Source: Parcubacteria bacterium C7867-001
Lineage (GTDB): Bacteria; Patescibacteriota; Minisyncoccia; Phycocordibacterales; Phycocordibacteraceae
Direction of reading: 5' to 3'
Assembly: GCA_001189095.1 (NCBI GenBank)
Contig: LFCK01000002.1
Span: 65,937-129,936 of the forward strand
Length of the DNA: 64,000 nt
Part shown: piece by piece, positions 37,397 through 46,796 of the stretch
How positions within the stretch are numbered: the stretch's first letter is position 1
Layout: each line of letters begins with the position of its first letter
The notes under the pieces: generated by a model
The model's input: the letters and a program-made list of their open reading frames with translations, nothing else
The model's database searches: none
What the model was told of the DNA's origin: nothing
Position numbers and translations under genes: made by a program

Positions 37397-37753
37397 TTAG
37401 ATATGAGCTTTGCAGGTGCGAGCTGCCGGATCGGCATTCAGTCGGTCCTCTTCTATCGCCTCACCGGACACTTCGCAGGTGCCGAAGGTTCCGGCGTCGA
37501 TGCGAGCAAGCGCACCGAGCACGTCGTTGTAGCGAATTTCTAGATCGGTGAGGATGCCGACGTTTTCCGCGTACCCCTCGATGTTGTCGGCAGTGTCGCC
37601 TTCCTCAGGCTCCTTGCCGGTGCCCTGCGGAACAGCTTCCCAATCCGCAGGATTCGATGGGTTTTTGCGGCCAACGCTCGCAAGCTCTCCTTCGAGTTTC
37701 GCTTTTTCTTCTTCTAATCGTGCTTTATATACGCTTGTGTCCATGCCCCACAT
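37397..37753 (-). CDS. DksA/TraR-family zinc-finger protein
   Basis: Coiled-coil N-part and C-terminal ...GTCEVSGEAIEEDRLNADPAARTCKAH resembling the TraR/DksA C4-type finger. Confidence 0.6.
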   Translation of the reverse strand: MWGMDTSVYKARLEEEKAKLEGELASVGRKNPSNPADWEAVPQGTGKEPEEGDTADNIEGYAENVGILTDLEIRYNDVLGALARIDAGTFGTCEVSGEAIEEDRLNADPAARTCKAHI

Positions 37754-37767
37754 GCTAGCACAGCGAA

Positions 37768-39141
37768 TTAATTGGATTTCGTCGCAGCAAGACGCTTCAG
37801 GATAGCGGCGAAGGCGGCCTCATTGCGGGCAATAATGAGTGTCGTTTTGTCTTTATATCCATACAGGAGTACGGGGCGACCGTCCTCATCTGCGTAGATA
37901 CGGACATCGTGATTCGCGACGACCGCGTCGACAAATCCAGCTGTGCGTACCGGCTGGTGGAGAATGGTGGTTGCGCCGGCATTCCCTGTCGTTGTTGCTG
38001 GCGTTGAGGATCCAAACAGGTTCGGGAAGAAGGACGCAGCAGGATGCTCAGGATAGATTGTCGCAAGATCGCGCGCGATGCTTGATTCCCACGCAAGCAT
38101 GCCGGCAAAAGTGCGTTCATACGAAAGGACACGTAGCAGGAAGAATGGACGAGCTTCGTCCCCCGCACGCACGACACCAACAGTACTCGCTTCATCGAGG
38201 TTGCGAAGCAAAATGTCCGGAGCTGGAAGCGAAAGCGCGCGAATGAGCGCACCTCCCGCGAGCGGGGTTGTAATTACTCCTCTCGGAGTCGTGCTTGATT
38301 CGGTGACGTAGGTAAGGAGTATGTTTCCTTCCGGAAGCGGCTCTTCAGACGCTGCGGCGAGCGCGCTCATGAGCTCATCGCCAACCCCCACAACCTCCTT
38401 TTGTTTATCCGCAAAAATGATGGAGGGAATGCCGGCAATAACGGGCGTCTTCGGCTTCGATTGCATGAACGAAACAGCAAATCCGATACCGGTGATGCCG
38501 GCGATGATGAGAAGTCCACCCACGATGCCGGTTATCGGAAGCGGCTTACGCACTTTGAGCGGTGCCGGCGCCGGCGTTCCTGCTGCATCGCTTTGTGCTG
38601 CGAGCACCGCGAAGGTCGAGGCACGTTTCGTGTTAACGCGTTCGGCAAAGTCACTTTTAAAAGTATGGAGCGGTGACGGAGTGTCTGCGGCGCGCGCTGG
38701 CTTCTTTGGTTCTGGTCGCGGCGGTGCAGGAGGCGGAGGAGGAAGTGGTGTCGGCTCGCGCAAACTCACCTCTTCGGTTGCTTCGGGAAGTGGCGCAGGA
38801 GGGGTCGGGGTAACGTCGATGTTTCCCTGCTTCTTCAGGCGACTGAGAATTTCCGAGCGTGCGTCTTCGAGTGAGACCGGCCGCCCCGGCGTTCCCATTT
38901 CAGGCTGTTCTTGCGCGGCGAGCGCTTCTTCGCGCAACATGCCGTCCTCGGGGGTAATTTCCTCTTCGAGCGTTTTTGGTTTCTTCGGAAGACTCAAATC
39001 TTTTTTTGAAACGGTTACTTTTCCATCCTGCACTGGCTTTCCGGTAAGTCGTGCAACATCCTTCGCATAGGTGCGAATGTAGGAAACCGGTTCTGGTGAA
39101 GCGGATGCTGGAGTTTTTTGCGCTGGTTCGGGAGCGTCCAT
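37768..39141 (-). CDS. Bitopic membrane protein with a Pro-rich cytoplasmic N-region, hypothetical
   Basis: Start at MDAPEPAQK, a PPPPPAPPRPEP tract, a single TM (LPITGIVGGLLIIAGITGIGFAV) and a ~230-aa extracytoplasmic domain. Confidence 0.5.
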   Translation of the reverse strand: MDAPEPAQKTPASASPEPVSYIRTYAKDVARLTGKPVQDGKVTVSKKDLSLPKKPKTLEEEITPEDGMLREEALAAQEQPEMGTPGRPVSLEDARSEILSRLKKQGNIDVTPTPPAPLPEATEEVSLREPTPLPPPPPAPPRPEPKKPARAADTPSPLHTFKSDFAERVNTKRASTFAVLAAQSDAAGTPAPAPLKVRKPLPITGIVGGLLIIAGITGIGFAVSFMQSKPKTPVIAGIPSIIFADKQKEVVGVGDELMSALAAASEEPLPEGNILLTYVTESSTTPRGVITTPLAGGALIRALSLPAPDILLRNLDEASTVGVVRAGDEARPFFLLRVLSYERTFAGMLAWESSIARDLATIYPEHPAASFFPNLFGSSTPATTTGNAGATTILHQPVRTAGFVDAVVANHDVRIYADEDGRPVLLYGYKDKTTLIIARNEAAFAAILKRLAATKSN

Positions 39142-39224
39142 GCTACTGAAAGTATACCCGAGACTTCGAGCGAGATATAAGAAATCCCGCGCGGCAGAGC
39201 CGCGCGGGATTTCTTCAGCACTTC

Positions 39225-39743
39225 TTAACGCTCGCGATGTCCGATGATGAACTTCTTCGGGTTCTCGCACATGTCGGTGAAGGCGTGTGCCGCTTCCTTG
39301 AGCTTGCTCGAGGAAGACTTACCGAATGAAATGACTTCCACTTGGCAGCCCTCGTTCATGTCTAAGTACTCGATGAGCGGAACAAAGTCGCCGTCGCCCG
39401 AGGCGATGATGACGGTGTCGAGCTTCGGCGCGAGTTTCACTGCGTCGATAGCGAGACCAACGTCCCAGTCAGCCTTCTTAGCACCGTCGGCGAAGATCTG
39501 AAGGTCTTTCACCTTGGTTTCGATACCCATTTTGGTGAGTGCATCGAAGAATCCGGACTCTTCCCCGCTCTCCGTGCTGATGACGTAGGCGATGGCGCGC
39601 ACGAGGACGCGTCCGCCGAGCGCCTCCTCAAGGAGGTTGGCGAAGTTAACGCGAGCTTTATAAAGGTGTTTTGCGCTGTGGTAGAGGTTCTGCGTATCGA
39701 TGAAGAGACCCACCCGCTGCGCGGCGTGTTTGATTACAGCCAT
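39225..39743 (-). CDS. NYN-domain (LabA-like) protein
   Basis: GLFIDTQNLY ... IIASGDGDF motifs typical of NYN/LabA. Confidence 0.7.
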   Translation of the reverse strand: MAVIKHAAQRVGLFIDTQNLYHSAKHLYKARVNFANLLEEALGGRVLVRAIAYVISTESGEESGFFDALTKMGIETKVKDLQIFADGAKKADWDVGLAIDAVKLAPKLDTVIIASGDGDFVPLIEYLDMNEGCQVEVISFGKSSSSKLKEAAHAFTDMCENPKKFIIGHRER

Positions 39744-39842
39744 AGAAATTTAGTTAAAAACGTATAAAAACGAAGCGAGATCGCTTCCCTACAAGCTTAC
39801 CATTCCAAAAAAGAAAGAATCCGGGTTTCCCCGGATGCTTCC

Positions 39843-40109
39843 TTACTTCTTGAGCCCGAGTTTCTTGAGGACTGCGTTATAGCGACGCTTGTCGTTCTTC
39901 TCGAGATACTGGAGATGCGTGCGGCGGTCAGCAACCATCTGGAGAAGGCCGCGGCGGGAGTGGTTGTCCTTAGCGTTCTTCTTGAGATGGCGGGTGAGCT
40001 CATCGATTTTTCGGGTAAGGACAGCAACCTGAACATCCGGAGAACCGGTGTCCGTGTCGTGTCGTGCCGAATCCTTGATGACGGCCGTCTTTACGCGCTT
40101 GGTAAGCAT
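39843..40109 (-). CDS. rpsO: 30S ribosomal protein S15
   Basis: 89 aa. MLTKRVKTAVIKD...HLKKNAKDNHSRRGLLQMVADRRTHLQYL is canonical S15. The start is chosen at MLTK. Confidence 0.9.
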   Translation of the reverse strand: MLTKRVKTAVIKDSARHDTDTGSPDVQVAVLTRKIDELTRHLKKNAKDNHSRRGLLQMVADRRTHLQYLEKNDKRRYNAVLKKLGLKK

Positions 40110-40258
40110 GTCCCCGTACTCTACCACACCTTGATAAAAAGCGCAAGTGTTTTCTGGTATTCGGCACATCGCGTGTGTATTGACAAAAAGTCATGAATAT
40201 GATATAAATGTATACAGGTCCTTCCCCACTCCGGGGCAGGCAAACAGGGAGAAACGCT

Positions 40259-40690
40259 ATGCGTTTCATCGTATCTCTCGCAACGCTGTTCCTCGTTGGC
40301 ATCGTCGCTCGTCATGCATGGCTCGTGGCTTCCGGTGCGCCGCTCGACGGTGCGCTCAGCACGCAGTTCACGTATGCCGCTTTCGGCGCGATCACGATCG
40401 AACTCGCCTACTGGGCGTGGGGCGTGGTGACGAAGCAGAAATTCGGCGCCATGCACTCGATCGACGGCTTCTTCAGCGTCATCCTCGTCGGCTGCGCCGT
40501 CGCAGCGCTCGCGCGCTACGCCGGTCACCCGCTGTTCGAGATGACGCCGATCATGCAGGGCGTCGCCACCACCGGCCTCGCCATGGTGCTTGGCCTCAAG
40601 GTCGTGACGGCAGTCCTGCGTGCGTTCGGCTCCCTCGCTCTCGCGAGCGCGCCGATCGATCAGCGCCTCGATACGGTCGCCGAGGTCTAA
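40259..40690 (+). CDS. Hypothetical membrane protein in a locally very GC-rich patch
   Basis: 143 aa with 4 TM helices. A short AGGGAG purine stretch lies upstream. Reverse-strand ORFs throughout this patch indicate unusually high GC. Confidence 0.45.
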   Translation: MRFIVSLATLFLVGIVARHAWLVASGAPLDGALSTQFTYAAFGAITIELAYWAWGVVTKQKFGAMHSIDGFFSVILVGCAVAALARYAGHPLFEMTPIMQGVATTGLAMVLGLKVVTAVLRAFGSLALASAPIDQRLDTVAEV

Positions 40691-40785
40691 CACCCTCAGG
40701 CGCTCCTCACTAAGTAACGCCGCGGCCTTCCAGCCGCGGCGTTTTGTTTTGAATATTGTGCGAAGCCCTGCGCTATACTTTTCAT

Positions 40786-41703
40786 ATGGAAATACAGTCG
40801 GCCAAGCGTCAGTTCCTCGAATACATCGAAATTGAGCGCGGTCGCGCGGTTAAAACGGTCGAGAACTACGACCACTACCTCACCCGCTTCTTCGGGCAGA
40901 TGGCGATTAAGGCCTCAGGAGACATTACGGAGGAGAAAATCCGCGAGTTCCGCATCTGGCTTAACCGTCAGCCGGGAACATCGGGGTCCATGAAGCGTCG
41001 CACGCAGAATTATTACCTCATCGCGCTGCGTGCCTTCCTTAAATTCCTCCGAAAGCGCGAAATCCCCTGCATTTCGCCTGAGCGCATCGAGCTCGCGAAG
41101 CTTCCAGAACGCTCGCTCGACCTCATCACTTCCATTGAGCTCGATCGCCTCCTTTCGGCTGCAAATGGCGCCGATGAGAAGTCGCTGCGCGACAAAGCAA
41201 TACTCGAGATGCTCTTTTCGACCGGTCTGCGCGTTTCGGAGCTCTGTGCGCTTAATTCCGATCTCGATCTTTCCCGCGATGAGCTCTCGGTGCGCGGAAA
41301 GGGCGAGAAGGTTCGGGTCGTATTCGTCTCCCCTGCTGCGAAAGACGCGGTGAAAGCGTATCTCAAGGCCCGTAAGGATATGGAAGAGGCGCTGTTCGTC
41401 TCCGCATCGACCATAGGTAAATCAAAAGCGGCGAAACTGAAACATACGCCGACCCGCCTCACCTCCCGTTCCATTGAGAACATCATGAAAACGTATGCCG
41501 CGAAGGCGGGCATAACGAAGAAAGTCACCCCGCACATCCTTCGCCACTCCTTCGCCACGGATCTTCTCAGCAACGGAGCGGATATCCGCTCCGTGCAGGC
41601 GCTCCTTGGCCACGCCTCTATTAATACGACTCAGATATATACGCACGTGACGGACGCTCATCTCAGGGAGGTCCATAAGAAGTTCCATTCACGCGGTAAG
41701 TAG
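40786..41703 (+). CDS. Tyrosine recombinase XerC/XerD family
   Basis: N-terminal core-binding domain. Catalytic motifs RHSFATDLL and LGHASINTTQIYTHV (R-H-R-Y with terminal Tyr). Confidence 0.8.
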   Translation: MEIQSAKRQFLEYIEIERGRAVKTVENYDHYLTRFFGQMAIKASGDITEEKIREFRIWLNRQPGTSGSMKRRTQNYYLIALRAFLKFLRKREIPCISPERIELAKLPERSLDLITSIELDRLLSAANGADEKSLRDKAILEMLFSTGLRVSELCALNSDLDLSRDELSVRGKGEKVRVVFVSPAAKDAVKAYLKARKDMEEALFVSASTIGKSKAAKLKHTPTRLTSRSIENIMKTYAAKAGITKKVTPHILRHSFATDLLSNGADIRSVQALLGHASINTTQIYTHVTDAHLREVHKKFHSRGK

Positions 41704-41782
41704 GCTGTAGCGGGTACTTGACAAATACCCTATTTGGGGTGTATAATTGATGGCAGTAGCAAACAACCTGAAAGGGTTCACT

Positions 41783-42097
41783 ATGCACTCGTACATCAAA
41801 GTCCCGCTGTTCGTTCTGTCGCCGGTGATCGCGGCTGCCTACCTCGCTGGCTGCGTCTCGATGGTCGTCCTTCCGGAATTCCTGCTGTTCATGATGTGGA
41901 TCAACCACGACATTAGCGGCACGGCGTTCGGCCTTGGGCTCGGGGTGATGGCTGCGCTCGCCGTCTTCACCTACAAGTTTACGGGGTGGAACGACGACAA
42001 GCACGGCGAAGCAGGTTCGATGGTCATCATCGGTTGCGTGTTCTACTTCATTGTGGGACTCGCCGCTCTGGTGGCTTGGCGGATCTTCGTCGGCTAG
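41783..42097 (+). CDS. Small hypothetical membrane protein
   Basis: 104 aa with 3 TM helices, followed by two hairpin terminators. Confidence 0.45.
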   Translation: MHSYIKVPLFVLSPVIAAAYLAGCVSMVVLPEFLLFMMWINHDISGTAFGLGLGVMAALAVFTYKFTGWNDDKHGEAGSMVIIGCVFYFIVGLAALVAWRIFVG

Positions 42098-42120
42098 ACG
42101 AACAAGGAAAGTACGAAAAG

Positions 42121-42155
42121 GGGGCGGACGCTTGCGTCCGCCCCTACGTTTTTAT
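42121..42155 (+). terminator. Rho-independent terminator
   Basis: ggggcggacg-cttg-cgtccgcccc followed by tacgttttta. Confidence 0.6.
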
Positions 42156-42166
42156 ACGAAAAGAAA

Positions 42167-42202
42167 AGCTGCCGCGCAAAAGCGCGGCAGCTATTTTTTG
42201 TG
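42167..42202. terminator. Second, bidirectional hairpin terminator
   Basis: agctgccgcgc-aaaa-gcgcggcagct with T-tracts on both sides. It serves the convergent SPFH gene. Confidence 0.55.
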
Positions 42203-42216
42203 TCGGTTGAGCCTAT

Positions 42217-43077
42217 TTAGGCTTTGCCCGCTTCAGCGCTCATAATCGCGCCGCGGATCTGACCCATGAGATCGACGACACCTTCGGGCGAGCCGGGCAA
42301 GAACACGGTCGCGAGCTTGCCGCTCTCAGCCATGCGCTGCATGGTCTCGAAGTATTGCGTCATCAGGACCGCGACCATGATGTCGAGAGGATTCGCGTCC
42401 GGCATTTCCTTCTTGTACTTCTCGAGGATGGCGAGACGCTGGTCGCCCATGCCCTCACCTTCCATCTTCATCCGGATGCGCTTGGCTTCGCCTTCCGCCT
42501 GCGCGATCGCCGCTTGGCGATTGGCAATGTTGATCTTAGCCATCGCTTCGAGCACGCGCGGATCGGTCGGGTCGATACCGGTGATGTTGGTGTCGACGAT
42601 CTCGAAGCCATATTCCTTGAACTTCGGGCCGAGTCGAACGCTCAGAGCTTGCGCGACTTCGTCCTTCTTCAGGAAGAGGTCGTCGAAGTCGTGTTCCGGA
42701 ACAACCGAGCGCACGGCGTCGTAGAGTGCCTGCTTCAGCTGCTTATCGCGTTCCGCGAGGACGTAGAAGGCGTTATAGATGTCCTTCGCGTCGTCGATGA
42801 GGCGATACTGGATCGCCAGATCGACTTGTACGCCCGTCTTGTCTTTCGAAATCGACGTGACCGGCTCGATAAGCGGGGTAACCCGCAAGGAGAGACGGCC
42901 GGCGATCCGATCGAGGATGGGCCACCGGAACCGAAGTCCCGGACGGCTCGCGCGGACGAATTTGCCCCAGCGTTCGATGATAAAGATCTCCTGCTGCTCG
43001 ACGATGAATGCCGACATCAGCAGAAGGATGATGGCCAACACGATAAGAATCGCGGGGACCACAATGCCACTAATCAT
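42217..43077 (-). CDS. SPFH/band-7 (stomatin/HflC-like) membrane protein
   Basis: N-terminal TM anchor, an SPFH core (IIERWGKF...LRFRWPILDRI...VDLAIQYRL) and a coiled-coil C-region. Confidence 0.8.
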   Translation of the reverse strand: MISGIVVPAILIVLAIILLLMSAFIVEQQEIFIIERWGKFVRASRPGLRFRWPILDRIAGRLSLRVTPLIEPVTSISKDKTGVQVDLAIQYRLIDDAKDIYNAFYVLAERDKQLKQALYDAVRSVVPEHDFDDLFLKKDEVAQALSVRLGPKFKEYGFEIVDTNITGIDPTDPRVLEAMAKINIANRQAAIAQAEGEAKRIRMKMEGEGMGDQRLAILEKYKKEMPDANPLDIMVAVLMTQYFETMQRMAESGKLATVFLPGSPEGVVDLMGQIRGAIMSAEAGKA

Positions 43078-43184
43078 GGACTTATCTTTCTATAGAGCTC
43101 AACTCCCCAACGGAGCTGGTTAGCTCAAACTAGTATACTTCTTCCCTTTGTCAAAGGAACTCTATCTTTTGCTAGAATGCACTA

Positions 43185-43976
43185 ATGCGCATCGTTTCGT
43201 GGAACGTAAATGGCATTCGTGCCGTCCATAAGAAGGATCTCTTCCTTCCCTTCATAAAAAAGCTCCGTCCGGACATCATTTGCCTCCAAGAGACCAAGGC
43301 CGAGCAGCATCAGTCCCCCATCGACCTCCCCGACTACGAGGAGTTTTGGTATTCCGCAAAGAAGAAGGGCTATAGCGGTACTGCTATCTTCACTAAGATG
43401 ACTCCAGAAGACGTTCTCTTCGGTATTCCGGAAGATATTGCGAAGAAGTACGGGCTAACCGATGACGGGTACGGCGATCCCTGCGAAGAAGGTCGAGTCA
43501 TTGCGGCGGACATGCATGATTTCTACGTAGTCTCGGTGTATACCCCGAACGCTAAGGACGATCTCTCTCGCCTTTCGCTCAGACACAAGCACTGGGATCC
43601 CGCATTCCTTGCTTATATGAAGCGTCTCGAGGAGGAGAAGCCGGTTATTTTCTGCGGCGACTTGAATGTGGCCCATACCGCCGATGACCTTGCTCGTCCC
43701 AAGGAAAATGAAGGAAAGAAGGGTTTTACAAAGGAGGAACGTGAAGGAATCGATAACGTGGAGTCTGCAGGGTTCGTCGACACCTTCCGTCTTTTCACTA
43801 AGGGAAACGGGTTTTACACATGGTGGAGTAACTTCGGTGGCGCCCGCGAACGTAACGTAGGATGGCGTATTGACTACATATTCTCCTCAAAGAAGTTTGC
43901 AAAGAATGTTACGAAAGCGGAAATTCACCCTGAGATATTAGGCTCCGATCATTGCCCCGTTTCGATTGTCCTATAG
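43185..43976 (+). CDS. xth: Exodeoxyribonuclease III (AP endonuclease)
   Basis: MRIVSWNVNGIRA start and conserved EEP-family motifs through the C-terminal SDHCPV. Confidence 0.9.
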   Translation: MRIVSWNVNGIRAVHKKDLFLPFIKKLRPDIICLQETKAEQHQSPIDLPDYEEFWYSAKKKGYSGTAIFTKMTPEDVLFGIPEDIAKKYGLTDDGYGDPCEEGRVIAADMHDFYVVSVYTPNAKDDLSRLSLRHKHWDPAFLAYMKRLEEEKPVIFCGDLNVAHTADDLARPKENEGKKGFTKEEREGIDNVESAGFVDTFRLFTKGNGFYTWWSNFGGARERNVGWRIDYIFSSKKFAKNVTKAEIHPEILGSDHCPVSIVL

Positions 43977-44326
43977 GACATAAAGGACATTATCCACACC
44001 ACAGCGTATTTACTTTGTCCTTTAAGGACTTAGTATATATCTCAGACGGGACGGCACGTGCGAAATAATATACGCTCTCCCGAACCCATGAGTTCGTTGC
44101 TAGCTCTTTCCGTTCCTTCATCAAGCGCCAAGCGAAACCGTGTCGGCTAACGCCTTCGGGGCGAATCCCCGCAAAACATACGAGTAGCCGCGAAGTTCCA
44201 CGTGAAAGCGCATCAAAACACATAAAGCCGCCAATTGACTTACATTTCTCGGCGGAGACCACCATCACATTGCCCCGCTCCTTTTCTCGGTCTCCCCAAG
44301 TCAGGCGGCTTTTGTTATACCCAAAC

Positions 44327-44358
44327 GAAAAGGGGTTCCATGTGGAACCCCTTTTCCT
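44327..44358 (-). terminator. Hairpin terminator downstream of cca
   Basis: aggggttcca-tg-tggaacccct, a perfect palindrome flanked by A/T tracts. Confidence 0.55.
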
Positions 44359-44364
44359 TATTTT

Positions 44365-45837
44365 CTAGCTAACTCCGTGCTTCTGATGGATTTTTCGTAC
44401 TTCCTCTTCTTCTGCCTCTTCCCTCTTTTTCTTCCCCGACTCCCCCAAGTCCCTAAGTTCTGAATCTTCGAGTTTGAGGAGTTCCTCAGTCCGTCCATCG
44501 AGATACTTCTCCGTGTTCTTCTTCGGGTCTTCTAGAACCTCCTCAAGGAGGGCGTTTAGGGCCCACCCTATCCTAGGACCCGGTTCCACGTGGAACTTTT
44601 CCATGATCCTTGAACCGTCGGTGTTCAGGCTAGTGACCGAAATAGGGTCCCTAAGGGCCTGCTCCACCATCGCCTTGTATTTACGGAATCGGAACGGCTG
44701 CTCTTTTGGTCGGCCGGTACCGATACGGTCGCAAATACGGAGTTCGAGCAAATCCCAGATATTCTCTTCCCCGACGTTACGAATCATACGTCGGACAGCC
44801 GACAAGGTTATCTGATCAGGGTCGGAAAAGAACATGTGCCACCTAACAAGTTTCACAGATTTATCGATTGTTTCCCGTGAAAAGCGCAAATCCTCGAGGG
44901 CCTTACGTGTTACACGTGAACCAACTACCTCGTGGCCGTGGAAGGTCCAGTCCTTCTTTTCGTCTGACCAGCGGCGGGTCTCAGGCTTGGAGATGTCATG
45001 GAAAAGGGCAGCAAGGCGTATATCGAATGACCATTTCTTGTCGGTTGCATGCTGGAGAGCACGGAGAAGGTGACCAAAGACGTCATAACTGTGGGCTTGG
45101 TTCTGGTCGACCCCAATGCTCCGGATGATGTCCGGAAGGATGTATTCGAGGAGTCCAAGCTGCTGGGCAAGGACCAGTGCCATCATCGGCTGATCTGACT
45201 CTATGATCCGGACCAGTTCGTCACGGATTCTTTCACGGGAAACATGGGCTAAGTTAGAGGCCTTTTTCTGTATGGCGGAAGCGGTGTCGGTATCTAGGGC
45301 AAAACCAAGTTCCGCCACAAGGCGTACGGCTCGCATGAGGCGCAGCGCATCTTCTTCAAATCTATCGGTAGGGATGCCAACTGTCCTTAATACCTTGGAT
45401 TCTATGTCCTTTTGTCCTTTAAAAGGGTCTACGATATGTCCTTTAGACTCATCGAGGGCGATAGCGTTTACGGTGAAGTCTCGACGGGCAAGGTCGTCCT
45501 CAAGACTGTCGCCGAAGGAGACCTCATCAGGATGACGCTTATTAGAGTATCCCGATTCCGTCCGGTAAGGGGTAACCTCGATCACTTGAAGGGTCGGGTC
45601 TTCGGAGTCGGTCTTAATCCCCACTGTACCGTAGTCGTTCTCATAGAAGGAGTCTGGGAAAATACGCTGTATATCCTCAGGCTTTGCGTTTGTGGTGACA
45701 TCCCAGTCCTTAGGTCTACGGTTAAGAAGGAGGTCACGGACGCATCCGCCAACGAGGTACGCCTCAAAGCCTTCTTTTCGGAGTCCTTCGGCTACCGCTT
45801 TTACCTCTAGTGGAACAGGGAAGTGCATGTAAGCCAT
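44365..45837 (-). CDS. cca: CCA-adding enzyme / poly(A) polymerase-family nucleotidyltransferase with an HD domain
   Basis: LVGGCVRDLLL...DWDV nucleotidyltransferase head, tRNA-NT body and an HD phosphohydrolase region. This is consistent with tRNA genes that lack an encoded CCA. Confidence 0.85.
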   Translation of the reverse strand: MAYMHFPVPLEVKAVAEGLRKEGFEAYLVGGCVRDLLLNRRPKDWDVTTNAKPEDIQRIFPDSFYENDYGTVGIKTDSEDPTLQVIEVTPYRTESGYSNKRHPDEVSFGDSLEDDLARRDFTVNAIALDESKGHIVDPFKGQKDIESKVLRTVGIPTDRFEEDALRLMRAVRLVAELGFALDTDTASAIQKKASNLAHVSRERIRDELVRIIESDQPMMALVLAQQLGLLEYILPDIIRSIGVDQNQAHSYDVFGHLLRALQHATDKKWSFDIRLAALFHDISKPETRRWSDEKKDWTFHGHEVVGSRVTRKALEDLRFSRETIDKSVKLVRWHMFFSDPDQITLSAVRRMIRNVGEENIWDLLELRICDRIGTGRPKEQPFRFRKYKAMVEQALRDPISVTSLNTDGSRIMEKFHVEPGPRIGWALNALLEEVLEDPKKNTEKYLDGRTEELLKLEDSELRDLGESGKKKREEAEEEEVRKIHQKHGVS

Positions 45838-45869
45838 TCTAACAGTCTTGTGTGGTAATGTTCACGTAC

Positions 45870-45941
45870 GCTCTCGTGGTGAAATGGATATCATGCCTGC
45901 CTTCGAAGCAGTTGTTGGGGGTTCGAATCCCTCCGAGAGCA
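45870..45941 (+). tRNA. tRNA-Arg (anticodon TCG)
   Basis: Cloverleaf read by eye. Acceptor GCTCTCG/CGAGAGC, anticodon loop cTTCGaa, T-arm GGGGG-TTCGAAT-CCCTC. Genomic ACCA follows. Confidence 0.7.
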
Positions 45942-46134
45942 CCAAATGAAGTTTAGTGCGTTCGAGTTTGCCTGGGAGGCAAACGTGAGGGATTCGAAAG
46001 CCGGAGCGCGTCGGCGCGAGGCGGGGTCGCGGAATTTCCCAGCAGGGAAATATCTGTGACCGAACCTCCGAGAGCACCCCAAGGGTACTTCCAATCGCTA
46101 ACCGCGAAAGGGGCGCACCAAAAAATTCCGTTAG

Positions 46135-46205
46135 TGCGGTTAGGGAGAATCGAACTCCCGACTGGTCCTTGGCAAGGACCCGTTTTACCACTAAACCATA
46201 ACCGC
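46135..46205 (-). tRNA. tRNA-Gly (anticodon GCC)
   Basis: Minus-strand cloverleaf. Acceptor GCGGTTA/TAACCGC, anticodon loop TTGCCAA, T-arm GGGAG-TTCGATT-CTCCC. No encoded CCA. Confidence 0.75.
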
Positions 46206-46396
46206 AATGGGGCGATAATAACATATCGTTCGCTCCAAAAGAAATAGCCTGTGTTTATGCCATTTCTTCAAAAACAGGCTCAAGAATAACTGTGGACAAA
46301 CATGTTCATACTGGGGATAAAGGACACATTCAAGGGTCTTGCAGCAAGGCCCGATTCTAATGAATAATGAGCAAATAAGCCGTAATTTTAAAGGCC

Positions 46397-46792
46397 GTGA
46401 ACCTAGAATCCTTTTCCACAAAAGACATAGGCAATTTAGGCGAAAAGGTCGCTGCGGATTACCTGAAGAAGCACGGATTCCGGATTATCGACCGGAATGT
46501 TGCCCGAAAAACAGGCGAACTGGATATCATTGCGCGGAAAGGGGACACGCTCCATTTCATTGAGGTGAAGGCGCTCAAGCGTCGTGAGTTTCCCGACCTC
46601 GAGCGGACGAATGATGACTACGATCCTTCGGACAACCTCCATCCCTACAAAATTCAGAAAGTAGCTCGAACGGCGGAGTGGTATGTAGCAGAAAAAGACT
46701 GGGAAGGGGACTGGCAGGTGGACGGCGTGCTGGTTTGGCTACGTGAGCGGGATGGTATGGCGAAGGTCACCTACCTCCCACAAATCGTTTAA
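46397..46792 (+). CDS. yraN: YraN-family (UPF0102) endonuclease-like protein
   Basis: GEKVAADYLKKHGFRIIDRN...GELDIIARKGDTLHFIEVK matches the YraN restriction-endonuclease-like fold signature. Confidence 0.75.
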   Translation: MNLESFSTKDIGNLGEKVAADYLKKHGFRIIDRNVARKTGELDIIARKGDTLHFIEVKALKRREFPDLERTNDDYDPSDNLHPYKIQKVARTAEWYVAEKDWEGDWQVDGVLVWLRERDGMAKVTYLPQIV

Positions 46793-46796
46793 TTGG

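Noticed and set aside
43990-44268. 92-aa minus-strand ORF in the xth-cca spacer
   Set aside because: Cys/Trp/Arg-rich odd composition, no RBS or start context, and it lies in a hairpin-rich convergent terminator zone.
45945-46130. Possible third tRNA between tRNA-Arg and tRNA-Gly(GCC)
   Set aside because: Stem-loops resemble tRNA arms (an anticodon-like GTTTGCC-TGGGAGG-GGCAAAC and a GGGATTCGAAAGCC element), but I could not assemble a full cloverleaf with paired acceptor stems on either strand. Reported instead as a tRNA-Arg 3'-end relic.
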